The notes below the pieces were generated by a model. The model had not been told where the DNA came from, ran no database searches, and worked only from the letters and a program-made list of their open reading frames with translations. From Bacilli bacterium (GTDB taxonomy: Bacteria; Bacillota_I; Bacilli_A; RFN20; CAG-826): a stretch of 64,000 bases of DNA. Positions 54,541-63,642 of this stretch are shown here, one piece after another. The stretch covers positions 21,657-85,656 of the forward strand of contig JAKSVE010000001.1 in the NCBI GenBank assembly GCA_024408295.1, in the 5' to 3' direction. Each line of letters opens with the position of its first letter. Within the stretch, counting starts at the first letter, position 1. Position numbers and translations under genes: made by a program.

Positions 54541-54921
54541 ATGAATACTTTAATACTCGCAGAAACTAATGATTTCTTACTAAAAAACCTCTGGTGGATG
54601 ATTGCCATCGCCGTGTTAATTGCAATAGGTGCCTTCTTCTTGATTGAGGCGTTGCTCGCAAAGAAAAAGAAGAACCCTAAAGTCAAAATCGCTACAAAAA
54701 GTGAATATCTCCTCGCTTTAGGCGGAGAAGATAACATCCTTGAGAAAGAATTAAAGGGCTCAAGAATCGTTGTTAAGCTAACCGACTATTCGAAGGTTGA
54801 TGAGGAGAAATTAAAAGAAGCCGGAGTCACCGGCTTCATCAAGATGAGTGATAAGCTCACCCTTGTCATCAAAGATAAGGCGGAAGTTGCCTACCAAGTT
54901 ATTTTTGGTAATAACGATTAA
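54541..54921 (+). CDS. membrane-anchored PTS-EIIB(Glc)-like domain protein lacking the catalytic Cys
   Basis: One TM, then LLALGGEDNI...RIVVKL...EEKLKEAGVTGFIK...LVI, which follows the EIIB fold pattern. Start uncertain: 54523, 54541 or 54598. Confidence 0.6.
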   Translation: MNTLILAETNDFLLKNLWWMIAIAVLIAIGAFFLIEALLAKKKKNPKVKIATKSEYLLALGGEDNILEKELKGSRIVVKLTDYSKVDEEKLKEAGVTGFIKMSDKLTLVIKDKAEVAYQVIFGNND

Positions 54922-55459
54922 AGACGTGAATCTTGATGTCTTCTGTTGGGAATCCCATAACGTTATCGTAGGATCCAACAATTGACTTAATTAGACCCGC
55001 TTCATCTTGAATGCCATAAGCGCCAGCCTTGTCTAGAGGCTGGTATTTCTTTATGTAATCCCAGATCTCTTCATCGCTTAACTCGTTGAAGTATACATCC
55101 GTAACCACCGAGCGGTTTACCTCAACGCCTTTTCCGATATATGTGTAGCCCGAGATAACAACTTGCTTTCTTCCGGATTCTTCTTTAAGCATCCTGAATG
55201 CATCATCCTCATCAATAGGCTTTCCGAGGACTTTCTCGCCAAGCACGACTATTGTGTCGCAGGCAATGACTTCGTCTTCTGGATATTTGGAGTGGATGGC
55301 GTAAGCCTTCAATTTGCTTTCTTCAACTGCTAGATTGCTTGCTGAAACTATCCCCTCAATTGCCTTTTCATCAACATTTGGGACGATGATTTTGTATTCA
55401 GTAATCAGCTTCTTAAGCAATTCCCTTCTACGAGGAGACTGTGAGGCTAAGATGAGCAT
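54899..55459 (-). CDS. maf: Maf-like nucleoside triphosphate pyrophosphatase
   Basis: LILASQSPRRRELL start and AGAYGIQ motif. Confidence 0.9.
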   Translation of the reverse strand: MLILASQSPRRRELLKKLITEYKIIVPNVDEKAIEGIVSASNLAVEESKLKAYAIHSKYPEDEVIACDTIVVLGEKVLGKPIDEDDAFRMLKEESGRKQVVISGYTYIGKGVEVNRSVVTDVYFNELSDEEIWDYIKKYQPLDKAGAYGIQDEAGLIKSIVGSYDNVMGFPTEDIKIHVFNRYYQK

Positions 55460-55460
55460 A

Positions 55461-57134
55461 TTATTCGTTTACGCTCATGATTACTGGGATAATCATTGGG
55501 CTTCTATCGGTTTTTCTTGTGATGTAGTGAGAAACAGCGTTCTTGATTGTGGTTTTTATCTCCGCAAAAGTGACCTTATTTCTCATGATTTGGTTGATTG
55601 CGTCCTCGGCTGCCATCTGTGAGTGTCTCATCAAATGAGTGTCACCTGTGACCGCGAATCCGCGTGCGTAGATGATTGGCTTATCGATGAGCTTGTTTCT
55701 CTTTGAATCGATAGCAACAACTACTGCGACCATGCCGTCGTTCTTGAGTTGCTCTCTATCGCGGATAACTGCATTTGATAATCCGTCGATGTCGTTTCCG
55801 TCGATGTAAACATCTTCAGCCTGGACGTGTCCGTTTCTTGTGACTGTGTGATTCTTTAATGTTAAGACATCTCCATTGTCGCAGACGAATGTGTTTTCTG
55901 CTGGTAATCCAATAGCCTGACCGATTTCTGCGTGGAACTTAAGCATTCTATATTCGCCATGGACTGGCATGAAATACTTAGGGTTTGCAAGTCTAAGCAT
56001 CAATCTTAATTCCTGTCTTGATGGGTGACCAGAGGAGTGGAGGGAGAATGCTAAGCCGTTTTGCTTAACGTCTGCACCCTGTTTTACGAGGGAGTTGACG
56101 AGCTTATCAACTAAGGCTCCATTGCCTGGAATTGGGTTTGAAGAGAAGACGATTGTGTCGCCTGGCAAAATTCTGACATTTTTATGATCACCTCTTGCGA
56201 TACGTGATAATGCCGCCATAGCTTCGCCTTGTGAACCCGTGCAAAGAATGCATACTTCGCTAGCTCTATAGTTTCTTAACATATCATCTGTGATGATTGA
56301 TGCATCAGGAATCTTGATGTATCCGTAACGTCTTGCAAGGCCAACGACTGTTTCCATTGATCTTCCAAGGATACAAATCTTTCTATTGTGTTCGACTGCA
56401 ACTTCAACGACCTGCTGGATACGGTTGATGTTAGATGAGAAGGTTGAGACGATGATTCTTGCCGGAGATTTGTCGAAGATTTCCTGAACACCCTGCTTAA
56501 CTGCGGTTTCGGATGGGGTATAGCCTTCGATTTCTGCGTTGGTGGAATCCGCCATCAAAAGATCGATTCCTTCCGTACCTAGCTTTGCTAACTTTGAGAT
56601 TTCGAAGTTAGGTCCAACTGGAGTAAGGTCGATTTTGAAGTCGCCCGTTTCAACTATTCTTCCCTGCTTTGTATCGATGCAGATACCATATGCATCAGGG
56701 ATTGAGTGGGTAACTCTAAAGAATGAGACGTGGAAGTCATCGGTGATATCCACTTCGGAATCCGAATCGAATTCGACGATTCTTACTTCTTCCTTGATCC
56801 TTGCGTCCTCAAGTTTGTGTCTAATAAGCGCTGCAGCGAGTCTTGGAGCATAGATTACTGGGATATTGACACTTCTTATAAGGAAAGGAATGCCACCGAT
56901 ATGGTCTTCGTGGCCGTGTGTGATGAATAATGCTTTGATCTTTGATCTGTTGTTCTTGAGATAAGTATAGTCCGGGATGACATAGTCTACGCCTGGGAGG
57001 TTGGCTTCAGGGAACCTGACGCCAGCGTCTACGAGGATGATTGATCTTTCGGTTTCGAAGCAATATGTGTTCTTGCCGACTTCGCCCAATCCGCCGAGCG
57101 CAAATATATTTACCGGAGATTCGTATTTAACCAT
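55461..57134 (-). CDS. rnj: ribonuclease J
   Basis: Metallo-beta-lactamase motif HGHEDHIGG, beta-CASP region, C-terminal domain. 557 aa. Confidence 0.93.
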   Translation of the reverse strand: MVKYESPVNIFALGGLGEVGKNTYCFETERSIILVDAGVRFPEANLPGVDYVIPDYTYLKNNRSKIKALFITHGHEDHIGGIPFLIRSVNIPVIYAPRLAAALIRHKLEDARIKEEVRIVEFDSDSEVDITDDFHVSFFRVTHSIPDAYGICIDTKQGRIVETGDFKIDLTPVGPNFEISKLAKLGTEGIDLLMADSTNAEIEGYTPSETAVKQGVQEIFDKSPARIIVSTFSSNINRIQQVVEVAVEHNRKICILGRSMETVVGLARRYGYIKIPDASIITDDMLRNYRASEVCILCTGSQGEAMAALSRIARGDHKNVRILPGDTIVFSSNPIPGNGALVDKLVNSLVKQGADVKQNGLAFSLHSSGHPSRQELRLMLRLANPKYFMPVHGEYRMLKFHAEIGQAIGLPAENTFVCDNGDVLTLKNHTVTRNGHVQAEDVYIDGNDIDGLSNAVIRDREQLKNDGMVAVVVAIDSKRNKLIDKPIIYARGFAVTGDTHLMRHSQMAAEDAINQIMRNKVTFAEIKTTIKNAVSHYITRKTDRSPMIIPVIMSVNE

Positions 57135-57242
57135 AAATAAACACTCCTAATTAATCGATAAATCGTATGAAGACAATTTCTCTACGTAAAGATTAACACG
57201 GGAGTGTCGTTTTATTAAATAAAAATTATTGAAAGCGGTTAT

Positions 57243-57791
57243 CTAGATGGCAATTGCGTTAGGAAGAGCCTTCATCGGGTCCTTCGGGTCGATGCGGTCA
57301 TAGAAGAGGATTCCTGATAGGTGATCAATCTCATGCTGCAACACGATGGCGTCATAGCCTCTTGCAACAATCTTGACTTCTTCCCCGGTTGCGGCGTCGA
57401 TTGCCTTAACGTCGATTCTATTTGCTCTATAGATGTGTCCTTCATGTTCTTCGTCGACTGATAAGCATCCTTCTCCGGCTTGGAGGTAACACTGCTTAAC
57501 GCTTTGGACAACGATCTTAGGGTTGACCAACTGGAGCTGAACATAGTTGCCCTTATCATCGAGTGGATAATAGACAACGATCATTTTCTTGTTGATACCA
57601 ATCTGTGGAGCGGCAAGTCCTACGCCCTCCCTGACCTCTGGATGAGCTTTCCTATATTCCTCATCTTGTGAATCTTTGAGATACTGAAGCATCTCATCGA
57701 TTGTGGCTTTATCTTCGGCACTTAATGGAAGTGCGACCTCTGCACATGGTGCACGCAAGGATTTCTGCGTATCTTTAACTATCTTAATCAT
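57243..57791 (-). CDS. def: peptide deformylase
   Basis: GLAAPQIG, EGCLS, HEIDH motifs. Confidence 0.93.
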   Translation of the reverse strand: MIKIVKDTQKSLRAPCAEVALPLSAEDKATIDEMLQYLKDSQDEEYRKAHPEVREGVGLAAPQIGINKKMIVVYYPLDDKGNYVQLQLVNPKIVVQSVKQCYLQAGEGCLSVDEEHEGHIYRANRIDVKAIDAATGEEVKIVARGYDAIVLQHEIDHLSGILFYDRIDPKDPMKALPNAIAI

Positions 57792-57837
57792 CGATGGTAT
57801 TGTAGCACATTGAACAAAAAAACATTAGAATAATGGC

Positions 57838-58200
57838 ATGGAAGAAAATCTACTTAGATCATTAAATGAACTCAAAGCCGCAATCGATGGCGATTTTCGC
57901 GTCTTAGCTATGCTAGAAGCGGAGAAAGAGATGTATCAGGATGAGACCATCGTCCCGCTCGTGCAAAGAAAGAATGCCGCAGAAGAGGACTATGAGTTAG
58001 CAATCAAGATTCATGGAGAGAATTCTCTTGAAGCCAAGGAAAAAGAAAAGGCTCTATATCTTGCTAAGAAAGAACTTGATGAACACCCAAGCGTTAAGAA
58101 ATATAACGACGCTTTCATAGTGGTCAGGGATATCTACATGGAGATTGATGATGTCATATTCTCCCCGTTTAGAAAGAAGACTTTAGGAGATGTTTGCTAA
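57838..58200 (+). CDS. YlbF/YmcA-family regulatory protein
   Basis: 120-aa helical protein with the ...HPSVKKYNDAF... pattern. Conserved Bacillus-like synteny: ylbF, rsmD, coaD. Confidence 0.7.
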   Translation: MEENLLRSLNELKAAIDGDFRVLAMLEAEKEMYQDETIVPLVQRKNAAEEDYELAIKIHGENSLEAKEKEKALYLAKKELDEHPSVKKYNDAFIVVRDIYMEIDDVIFSPFRKKTLGDVC

Positions 58201-58733
58201 TGCTTAAATTGGTATCGGGAAAATATCGTTCTAGGGCCATTGAAGTCCCACCAAACGTGACCGTTCCAACCAAGTCGATGGTTAGAACAGCAGTGGGTAA
58301 TGCCTTGATGGATGAGCTGAGGGGTGCAGAAGTCCTTGATTTGTTTGCAGGCTCCGGCGCTCTTGGCTTTGAATCTCTATCTAGGGGTGCTAAACACTGT
58401 GTGTTTGTCGATGCTTCAAAAGAAGCAATCGCAGTCATCAAGAAGAACGCAGAGACTCTAAAAGAGAAGAACTGCGATATCTTGTTCATGGACTATGAAA
58501 TGGCCTTGTCTAAGTTTAAGAACCCATTTGATATAATCTATTTAGACCCTCCATATAAAATGAAGGAAGTCTATGAGAATGTCCCTATGGAAATCCTTGA
58601 TAAGGGATTATTAAAAGATGGTGGTGCAATCGTCTTAGAATACGAAGGTGAAATCACCGTTAACAAAGAACCGTTCTCATCGTATAGAGAATATTCATAC
58701 GGAAGGACCCATGTCCTTATCCTGAGGAAGTAA
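58200..58733 (+). CDS. rsmD: 16S rRNA (guanine966-N2)-methyltransferase
   Basis: MLKLVSGKYRSR start, DLFAGSG SAM motif, LDPPY motif. TAATG overlap with the upstream gene. Confidence 0.9.
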   Translation: MLKLVSGKYRSRAIEVPPNVTVPTKSMVRTAVGNALMDELRGAEVLDLFAGSGALGFESLSRGAKHCVFVDASKEAIAVIKKNAETLKEKNCDILFMDYEMALSKFKNPFDIIYLDPPYKMKEVYENVPMEILDKGLLKDGGAIVLEYEGEITVNKEPFSSYREYSYGRTHVLILRK

Positions 58734-58735
58734 TT

Positions 58736-59212
58736 ATGAAAAAAGCTGTATATCCTGGAAGTTTTGATCCAATCACAATCGGACACATGGAGATTTTGCA
58801 GAGATCTTTAGAGGTCTTTGATGAAGTCACACTCCTTTTGGCGGTCAATCCAAATAAGAATTCAGTCTTCTCAGTCGAAGAAAGATTGGAGATGATGAGA
58901 GAAGCAACGAAGAATATGCCTGGCGTAAAAGTGGATTTCTATCCTGGTCTCACCGTTGATTATTGCCGTAATTACGGAGCAAAGCATTTGATCAGAGGTC
59001 TAAGAGCAGTCACCGACTTCGAATATGAATTCCAACTCAGTGCCGCAAACCATTTTGCAGCACCGGATATTGATATGGTCTTCTTCATGTCGAAGAAGGA
59101 AAACACATTCATCTCATCCTCGACCATCAATGAATTGAACAGAGCAGGAGTGGATATCTCTCCTCTTGTTCCTCCAATTGTTGTGGAGATGTATAAAAGA
59201 AAGACGAAATAA
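58736..59212 (+). CDS. coaD: phosphopantetheine adenylyltransferase
   Basis: YPGSFDPITIGH motif; 158 aa. Confidence 0.93.
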   Translation: MKKAVYPGSFDPITIGHMEILQRSLEVFDEVTLLLAVNPNKNSVFSVEERLEMMREATKNMPGVKVDFYPGLTVDYCRNYGAKHLIRGLRAVTDFEYEFQLSAANHFAAPDIDMVFFMSKKENTFISSSTINELNRAGVDISPLVPPIVVEMYKRKTK

Positions 59213-59221
59213 GAAAGTAAA

Positions 59222-59253
59222 AGGGTGCCTCGGAAGAAGCACCCTGTTTTCTT
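59222..59253. terminator. bidirectional terminator between convergent genes
   Basis: AGGGTGC...GCACCCT flanked by an A-rich stretch and GTTTTCTT. Confidence 0.75.
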
Positions 59254-59809
59254 ACTTTGTAACGATTGAGATTGAATTCAATTCCTTGTCGCCTCTAAGA
59301 GGTGAGTAGAAGAGGTCTTCTGATTCGAATGTGTCGTTGGAATCGATTGTGATGTTATCAAATGGGATTCCAACCGCTCTAAGCTGGTAAGTAGCTAAGA
59401 CTTGAAGATCGATGAAGTCAACGCCTTCGGTTCTCTTTGCTGCGCCTGTATAGCCTTTTGCGATAACTGAGAGAAGTTCTTCTCTATCAACAACAACATG
59501 CGCGAATGTTAATCCAGGACCAACGTAGACAGAGACATCTTTTGATAGGAGTCCATATCTAGCAATGACTTCTTTCATTCCTGTTTTAAGGAAATCGTTC
59601 TCGAGTCTCTCTTTTGTGAGGAGGCATGCTCCGATTAAGTTCTTTGACTTGGAATAGAAGACAAGTGGGATATCATCTCCGTAGTTGACTACGAGTGGAT
59701 GGTTGCTTGCCATTGTTGTGACAATGTTGTCTGCGACTTCTCCGGCAAGTGGGGCGTCGCCTTTATGGGAGATCTGAATTGCTCCGTTTTCAATAAGGAT
59801 AGTTTTCAT
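59252..59809 (-). CDS. YfiH/PgeF (DUF152, laccase-domain)-like protein with substituted catalytic residues
   Basis: Collinear pattern with YfiH: GDDIPLVF vs TADCLPVL, VGPGL vs LGPAI, LFYSPLRGDK vs FFSYRRDK. The His/Cys/His positions are replaced. Confidence 0.55.
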   Translation of the reverse strand: MKTILIENGAIQISHKGDAPLAGEVADNIVTTMASNHPLVVNYGDDIPLVFYSKSKNLIGACLLTKERLENDFLKTGMKEVIARYGLLSKDVSVYVGPGLTFAHVVVDREELLSVIAKGYTGAAKRTEGVDFIDLQVLATYQLRAVGIPFDNITIDSNDTFESEDLFYSPLRGDKELNSISIVTK

Positions 59810-59823
59810 ATATCTATATTATA

Positions 59824-59852
59824 TATAAAAAGAAACCCGCTGGAGAGCGGAT
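59824..59852 (-). terminator. intrinsic terminator of the 59869-60768 gene
   Basis: Minus strand: ATCCGCT CTCC AGCGGGT then TTCTTTTTAT. Confidence 0.75.
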
Positions 59853-59868
59853 TTCTAATTATTTTTAA

Positions 59869-60768
59869 TTAAGCGATTGTCTTGTTGTCAGCGAAGAGGT
59901 TGTTTGGGTCCTTTTCGTATGGATCGCAGTGGTTCCACATGTTCTTGAGCATTGTTGCTCTTTCTGCATCTGTGTCACCTGAGACTGAGAAGAGAACTTC
60001 TGAGATTCCAGCTCTTCCAGCTGCGAATGCTTCTTCTGAGTAGTCAACCAAGAGGATGGTTGGGACTGGGAATGCAGCGATGACGCTTGTTGAGTCAGCG
60101 CCTGATGACTGGAGGGAGAATGAATCATAGTTTGATTCTGATAAACCTGCTCTCTGGTAGTATGGTGCATCCATGAGTGCTGGGCCAACTGTGTTGAAGA
60201 GGTTCATGTGGTTGATGATGTAACGGTTGAATGCTGATGTGCCGTCAACGTTCTCATAGTCTTCATCAGTTGTTGATTCTTCTGAAGCTGAGATTGTGTA
60301 CATCTTGAATTCTTCTTTCTCATTTGTTGGAGCGTAGTTGTACTTTGACCACTTGTCTCTAAGATACTTGAAGCCTGATTCTGCTGTGTTGCAGTTTGAG
60401 CAATCTTCCTTGATGTAGACGAGGAAGAACTTTGTGCCATATGACATGTCTAAGTCAGCTGTAGTTGTTGCGCCAGCTCCGATCTTGGCCTGGTTATCAG
60501 CAAGAGCGACTGTGAACTTGTCAGCTTCTGACTGAGCTTCATCATTTCCTGAGAGAATGACTTCGCCTTCGAGTGAAAGTGAATACTTGTTGTAGAATGT
60601 GCCTTCTGACTTACCTGCAGCACTTGAAACCCATTCTGAGATATAAGGGATTGAGAAGATAAGAGCGAAGATACCGCCGACGATAAGGATTGGCTGAACC
60701 CATGCAGTGTCCTTGATCCAACGCCAGATTTTGACGAAGAACGATCCGATAGCTTTAAGAATTAGCAT
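59869..60768 (-). CDS. N-terminally anchored extracytoplasmic protein with a CxxC motif (possible thioredoxin-like fold)
   Basis: N-terminal TM (WVQPILIVGGIFALIFSIPYI). FFLVYIKEDCSNCN motif. SD GGAGG. High-expression-type codons. Confidence 0.7.
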   Translation of the reverse strand: MLILKAIGSFFVKIWRWIKDTAWVQPILIVGGIFALIFSIPYISEWVSSAAGKSEGTFYNKYSLSLEGEVILSGNDEAQSEADKFTVALADNQAKIGAGATTTADLDMSYGTKFFLVYIKEDCSNCNTAESGFKYLRDKWSKYNYAPTNEKEEFKMYTISASEESTTDEDYENVDGTSAFNRYIINHMNLFNTVGPALMDAPYYQRAGLSESNYDSFSLQSSGADSTSVIAAFPVPTILLVDYSEEAFAAGRAGISEVLFSVSGDTDAERATMLKNMWNHCDPYEKDPNNLFADNKTIA

Positions 60769-60948
60769 TGCTAAACCTCCGAGATAGTAGCCTGTTTATA
60801 TAAACAGCCCTATAAATATACCATTACCCACCTATGGTGGCAATCAAGACTTTACTAAGAACTGAAAATAAACACAAGAATTTTTTGATAAAAATTAGCG
60901 ATTATGTTGTATATTCCGTTGGCAAGACTATAATTTCAGCACACAAAT

Positions 60949-61983
60949 ATGAAACAGTCCTTTAAACAATTTAGAAACAAGAGAATGGCGTGGATAGATT
61001 CACACCCTCTCTATAAAAATGTGCTCGAATGTGCGTACATCCTCTTCATGTCCACATTGTCTGCATTGATCTTTGCATTCGGGTTCAAATCGTTCATGAA
61101 CCCAGGTCTTGGCGCTGATTATCCAACGATTGTAGCAGGAGGAGCTTCAGGCGTCTCTCAGACATTGATCATGGCCTTCAGGGTATTCGGATGGACAACG
61201 TTTGATGAGAGCCTCATGATCTCAATCCTATATTTCGTCATCAACGTGCCTCTATTCATCCTTGCCTTCTTCGGAATTGGCAAGAGATTCGCGATATTCA
61301 CCATCATCAACGTCATTGAGGTTTCTCTCTTTGTGGATTTACTAGATCCATCAAGAGTGGAGATGATTGGCAAAATCGCTGAGTTTGTTAGAGGAAATGG
61401 TGGCTTATTGGCTAGAGTTCTCTTCGCTGCGGTCTGCACGGGATTAAGCAGTGCCATCACATTTGTTGCCGACATCTCCGCTGGCGGAACAGATGTCATT
61501 TCCTATTACATCGGAATTAAGAAGAAGTCATTGGTTGGCCGATATGGACTCTATGTTAACGGAGGAATCCTTATTGCCTTCACCACATTCGATATCATTC
61601 ATTCCATTCAGGGTGGAGGTGATACATCTTCAAACATAGCCGTATCACTAAGTAAGGTGTTCTTCACCGTCCTCTATTTCGTCATCACGATGATTATCAT
61701 CGACGCCATCAACACCAAGAACCAGAAAATCAAAGTCGAGATCATCTCATCAAATCCTAACATCGGAAAAGAAATCGTTGCAAAGATTCCTCATGCCGCA
61801 ACATTGGTCGAAGGATTCGGCGTATATTCTGGGCTTAAAAAGTACATATTCACAATGGTTGTCTCCCGATATGAACTCAAATTATTGCTGCAAATCCTCA
61901 AGGAAATCGATGACGCAGCCTTTATCGAGGTTGAACCAATTTCATCTGTTTTTGGAAGATTCCACACAAGACCAGTCAAGTAA
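60949..61983 (+). CDS. YitT-family membrane protein (DUF2179 C-terminal domain)
   Basis: Five or six TM helices plus a C-terminal soluble domain (ATLVEGFGVYSG...TMVVSRYEL). Confidence 0.8.
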   Translation: MKQSFKQFRNKRMAWIDSHPLYKNVLECAYILFMSTLSALIFAFGFKSFMNPGLGADYPTIVAGGASGVSQTLIMAFRVFGWTTFDESLMISILYFVINVPLFILAFFGIGKRFAIFTIINVIEVSLFVDLLDPSRVEMIGKIAEFVRGNGGLLARVLFAAVCTGLSSAITFVADISAGGTDVISYYIGIKKKSLVGRYGLYVNGGILIAFTTFDIIHSIQGGGDTSSNIAVSLSKVFFTVLYFVITMIIIDAINTKNQKIKVEIISSNPNIGKEIVAKIPHAATLVEGFGVYSGLKKYIFTMVVSRYELKLLLQILKEIDDAAFIEVEPISSVFGRFHTRPVK

Positions 61984-61988
61984 TCAAG

Positions 61989-62010
61989 GCGCCCAGTTGG
62001 GCGCTTTTTT
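61989..62010 (+). terminator. intrinsic terminator
   Basis: GCGCCCA / TGGGCGC then TTTTTT. Confidence 0.75.
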
Positions 62011-62062
62011 AAACCGCTTTCATTTTGCAATTAACTATCAAAGTTAGATAATAGCGCCCGGT

Positions 62063-63421
62063 ATGAATAAGGATCTTACTGTCGGGAAACCATATAAAGT
62101 GCTCTGGATGTTCTGCATCCCTCTTTTCGGCAGTGTTATTTTCCAGCAGTTGTACAACTTAGCGGACTCTTGGGTGGCAGGCAACTTCATTGGTCAAAAC
62201 GCGCTGGCTGCGGTTGGAAACTCTTATGAAATCACGCTCATTTTCTTGGCGATCAGCGTTGGCTGCAATATCGGATGCTCCGTTATTACCTCAAGGTATT
62301 TTGGCGCGAAGGAATTCGGCAAGATGAAGACCTCGATTTACACGGCCGTTATCTTCAGCACGATACTCTGCGGAATACTCATGATTCTTGGTTTATCTCT
62401 TTCCGGTGTCCTGTTAAAGTGGATGGATACACCTCTTGAGTTGTTGAATGATTCTAAATTATATTTAGACATTTATGTTTGGGGACTCCCTTTTGTATTT
62501 TTCTATAACATCGCAACCGGCATATTCTCCGCAATGGGGGATTCGAAAACACCATTCATTTTCTTGGCAATTTCTTCTGTATCGAACATCGCAATGGATA
62601 TCCTGTTCGTTGCTGCATTCCAGATGGGAGTAGCAGGTGTTGCTTGGGCGACATTTATCTGCCAAGGCGTGTCTTGCATTCTCGCTATGCTATTCGTTTT
62701 CTTGCGAATCAATAAGATCAAATGCGAGGACAAAGTTGAGCTCTTTTCCATTCCTATGCTCAAGCAGTTTCTTATCATCGCTCTTCCAAGCATGCTCCAG
62801 CAAAGCTTTATCTCCTTTGGCAACATCATTATTCAAAAGTTCATCAATGGATATGGGCCTGAGGTTATTGCCGGCTATTCCGCAGCGATTAAGCTCAACA
62901 ATCTTGTCATTGTCTCCTTTGCCACAATCGGAAACGGCGTATCAAATTACACTTCTCAGAACGTTGGCGCAGGGAAACTTGATAGATTGAGGCCTGGTTT
63001 CAATGCGGGGGTTCTCCTTGTTTGGTTGATCTCAATCCCTGTCATCCTTCTCTATTGCTTACTCCCACAGCCATTATTGAATTTCTTCATACAAAACCCA
63101 ACTGAATTAGCGGTGGATTCTGCATCGATTTTCCTGCGAATTGTCGCTCCTTTCTATCTTTTTGCCTCCGTAAAGCTTATGGCAGACGGTGTGCTTAGGG
63201 GCGCTGGAAAGATGTGGTCATTCATGATAGCCACCGGTGTTGATTTGGTGTTGAGATGCATACTTGCGTTTGCTATTCCAAATCTGTTTGATGTCGGATA
63301 TGTTGGTATCTGGATGGCGTGGCCAATCGGCTGGCTTGTTGCCTTGGCGATGTCTCTTATATTCTTCTATAGCTACACTAGAAAAGTTAAGCAAAATAAA
63401 ACCCCGGTCAAGGAATCTTAA
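62063..63421 (+). CDS. MATE-family efflux transporter
   Basis: 12-TM protein. N-terminal P..LF.S.IFQQLYNLADS.. pattern typical of MATE/DinF. Confidence 0.88.
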   Translation: MNKDLTVGKPYKVLWMFCIPLFGSVIFQQLYNLADSWVAGNFIGQNALAAVGNSYEITLIFLAISVGCNIGCSVITSRYFGAKEFGKMKTSIYTAVIFSTILCGILMILGLSLSGVLLKWMDTPLELLNDSKLYLDIYVWGLPFVFFYNIATGIFSAMGDSKTPFIFLAISSVSNIAMDILFVAAFQMGVAGVAWATFICQGVSCILAMLFVFLRINKIKCEDKVELFSIPMLKQFLIIALPSMLQQSFISFGNIIIQKFINGYGPEVIAGYSAAIKLNNLVIVSFATIGNGVSNYTSQNVGAGKLDRLRPGFNAGVLLVWLISIPVILLYCLLPQPLLNFFIQNPTELAVDSASIFLRIVAPFYLFASVKLMADGVLRGAGKMWSFMIATGVDLVLRCILAFAIPNLFDVGYVGIWMAWPIGWLVALAMSLIFFYSYTRKVKQNKTPVKES

Positions 63422-63435
63422 TCGGGGATTTTTTT
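63402..63435. terminator. bidirectional terminator shared by the MATE gene and convergent tRNA-Ser
   Basis: AAAACCCCG...CGGGGATTTTTTT. Overlaps the MATE stop and abuts the tRNA 3' end. Confidence 0.7.
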
Positions 63436-63436
63436 C

Positions 63437-63527
63437 TGGCGGAGAAGAAGGGATTTGAACCCTTGCTAGGCTTGCACCCACTAGCAGTTTTCGAGACTGC
63501 CCTCTTCGGCCACTTGAGTACTTCTCC
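63437..63527 (-). tRNA. tRNA-Ser (anticodon CGA), CCA encoded
   Basis: GGAGAAGTACTCAAGTGGCCGAAGAGG..., GCAGT-CTCGAAA-ACTGC, long variable arm, GGTTCAAATCCCTTCTTCTCCGCCA. Confidence 0.92.
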
Positions 63528-63642
63528 ACAGCAAGGGATATATTAACTCATGTGCAAAAATTCGACAATGAAAAACGCGCATATACATGTACGTTAAGTT
63601 CGTGATAGAATATTAAATGATGGCTTGGCCATCTATTTAACC

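Noticed and set aside
63218-63529. 103-aa minus-strand ORF
   Set aside because: It overlaps tRNA-Ser(CGA) and the MATE gene 3' end.
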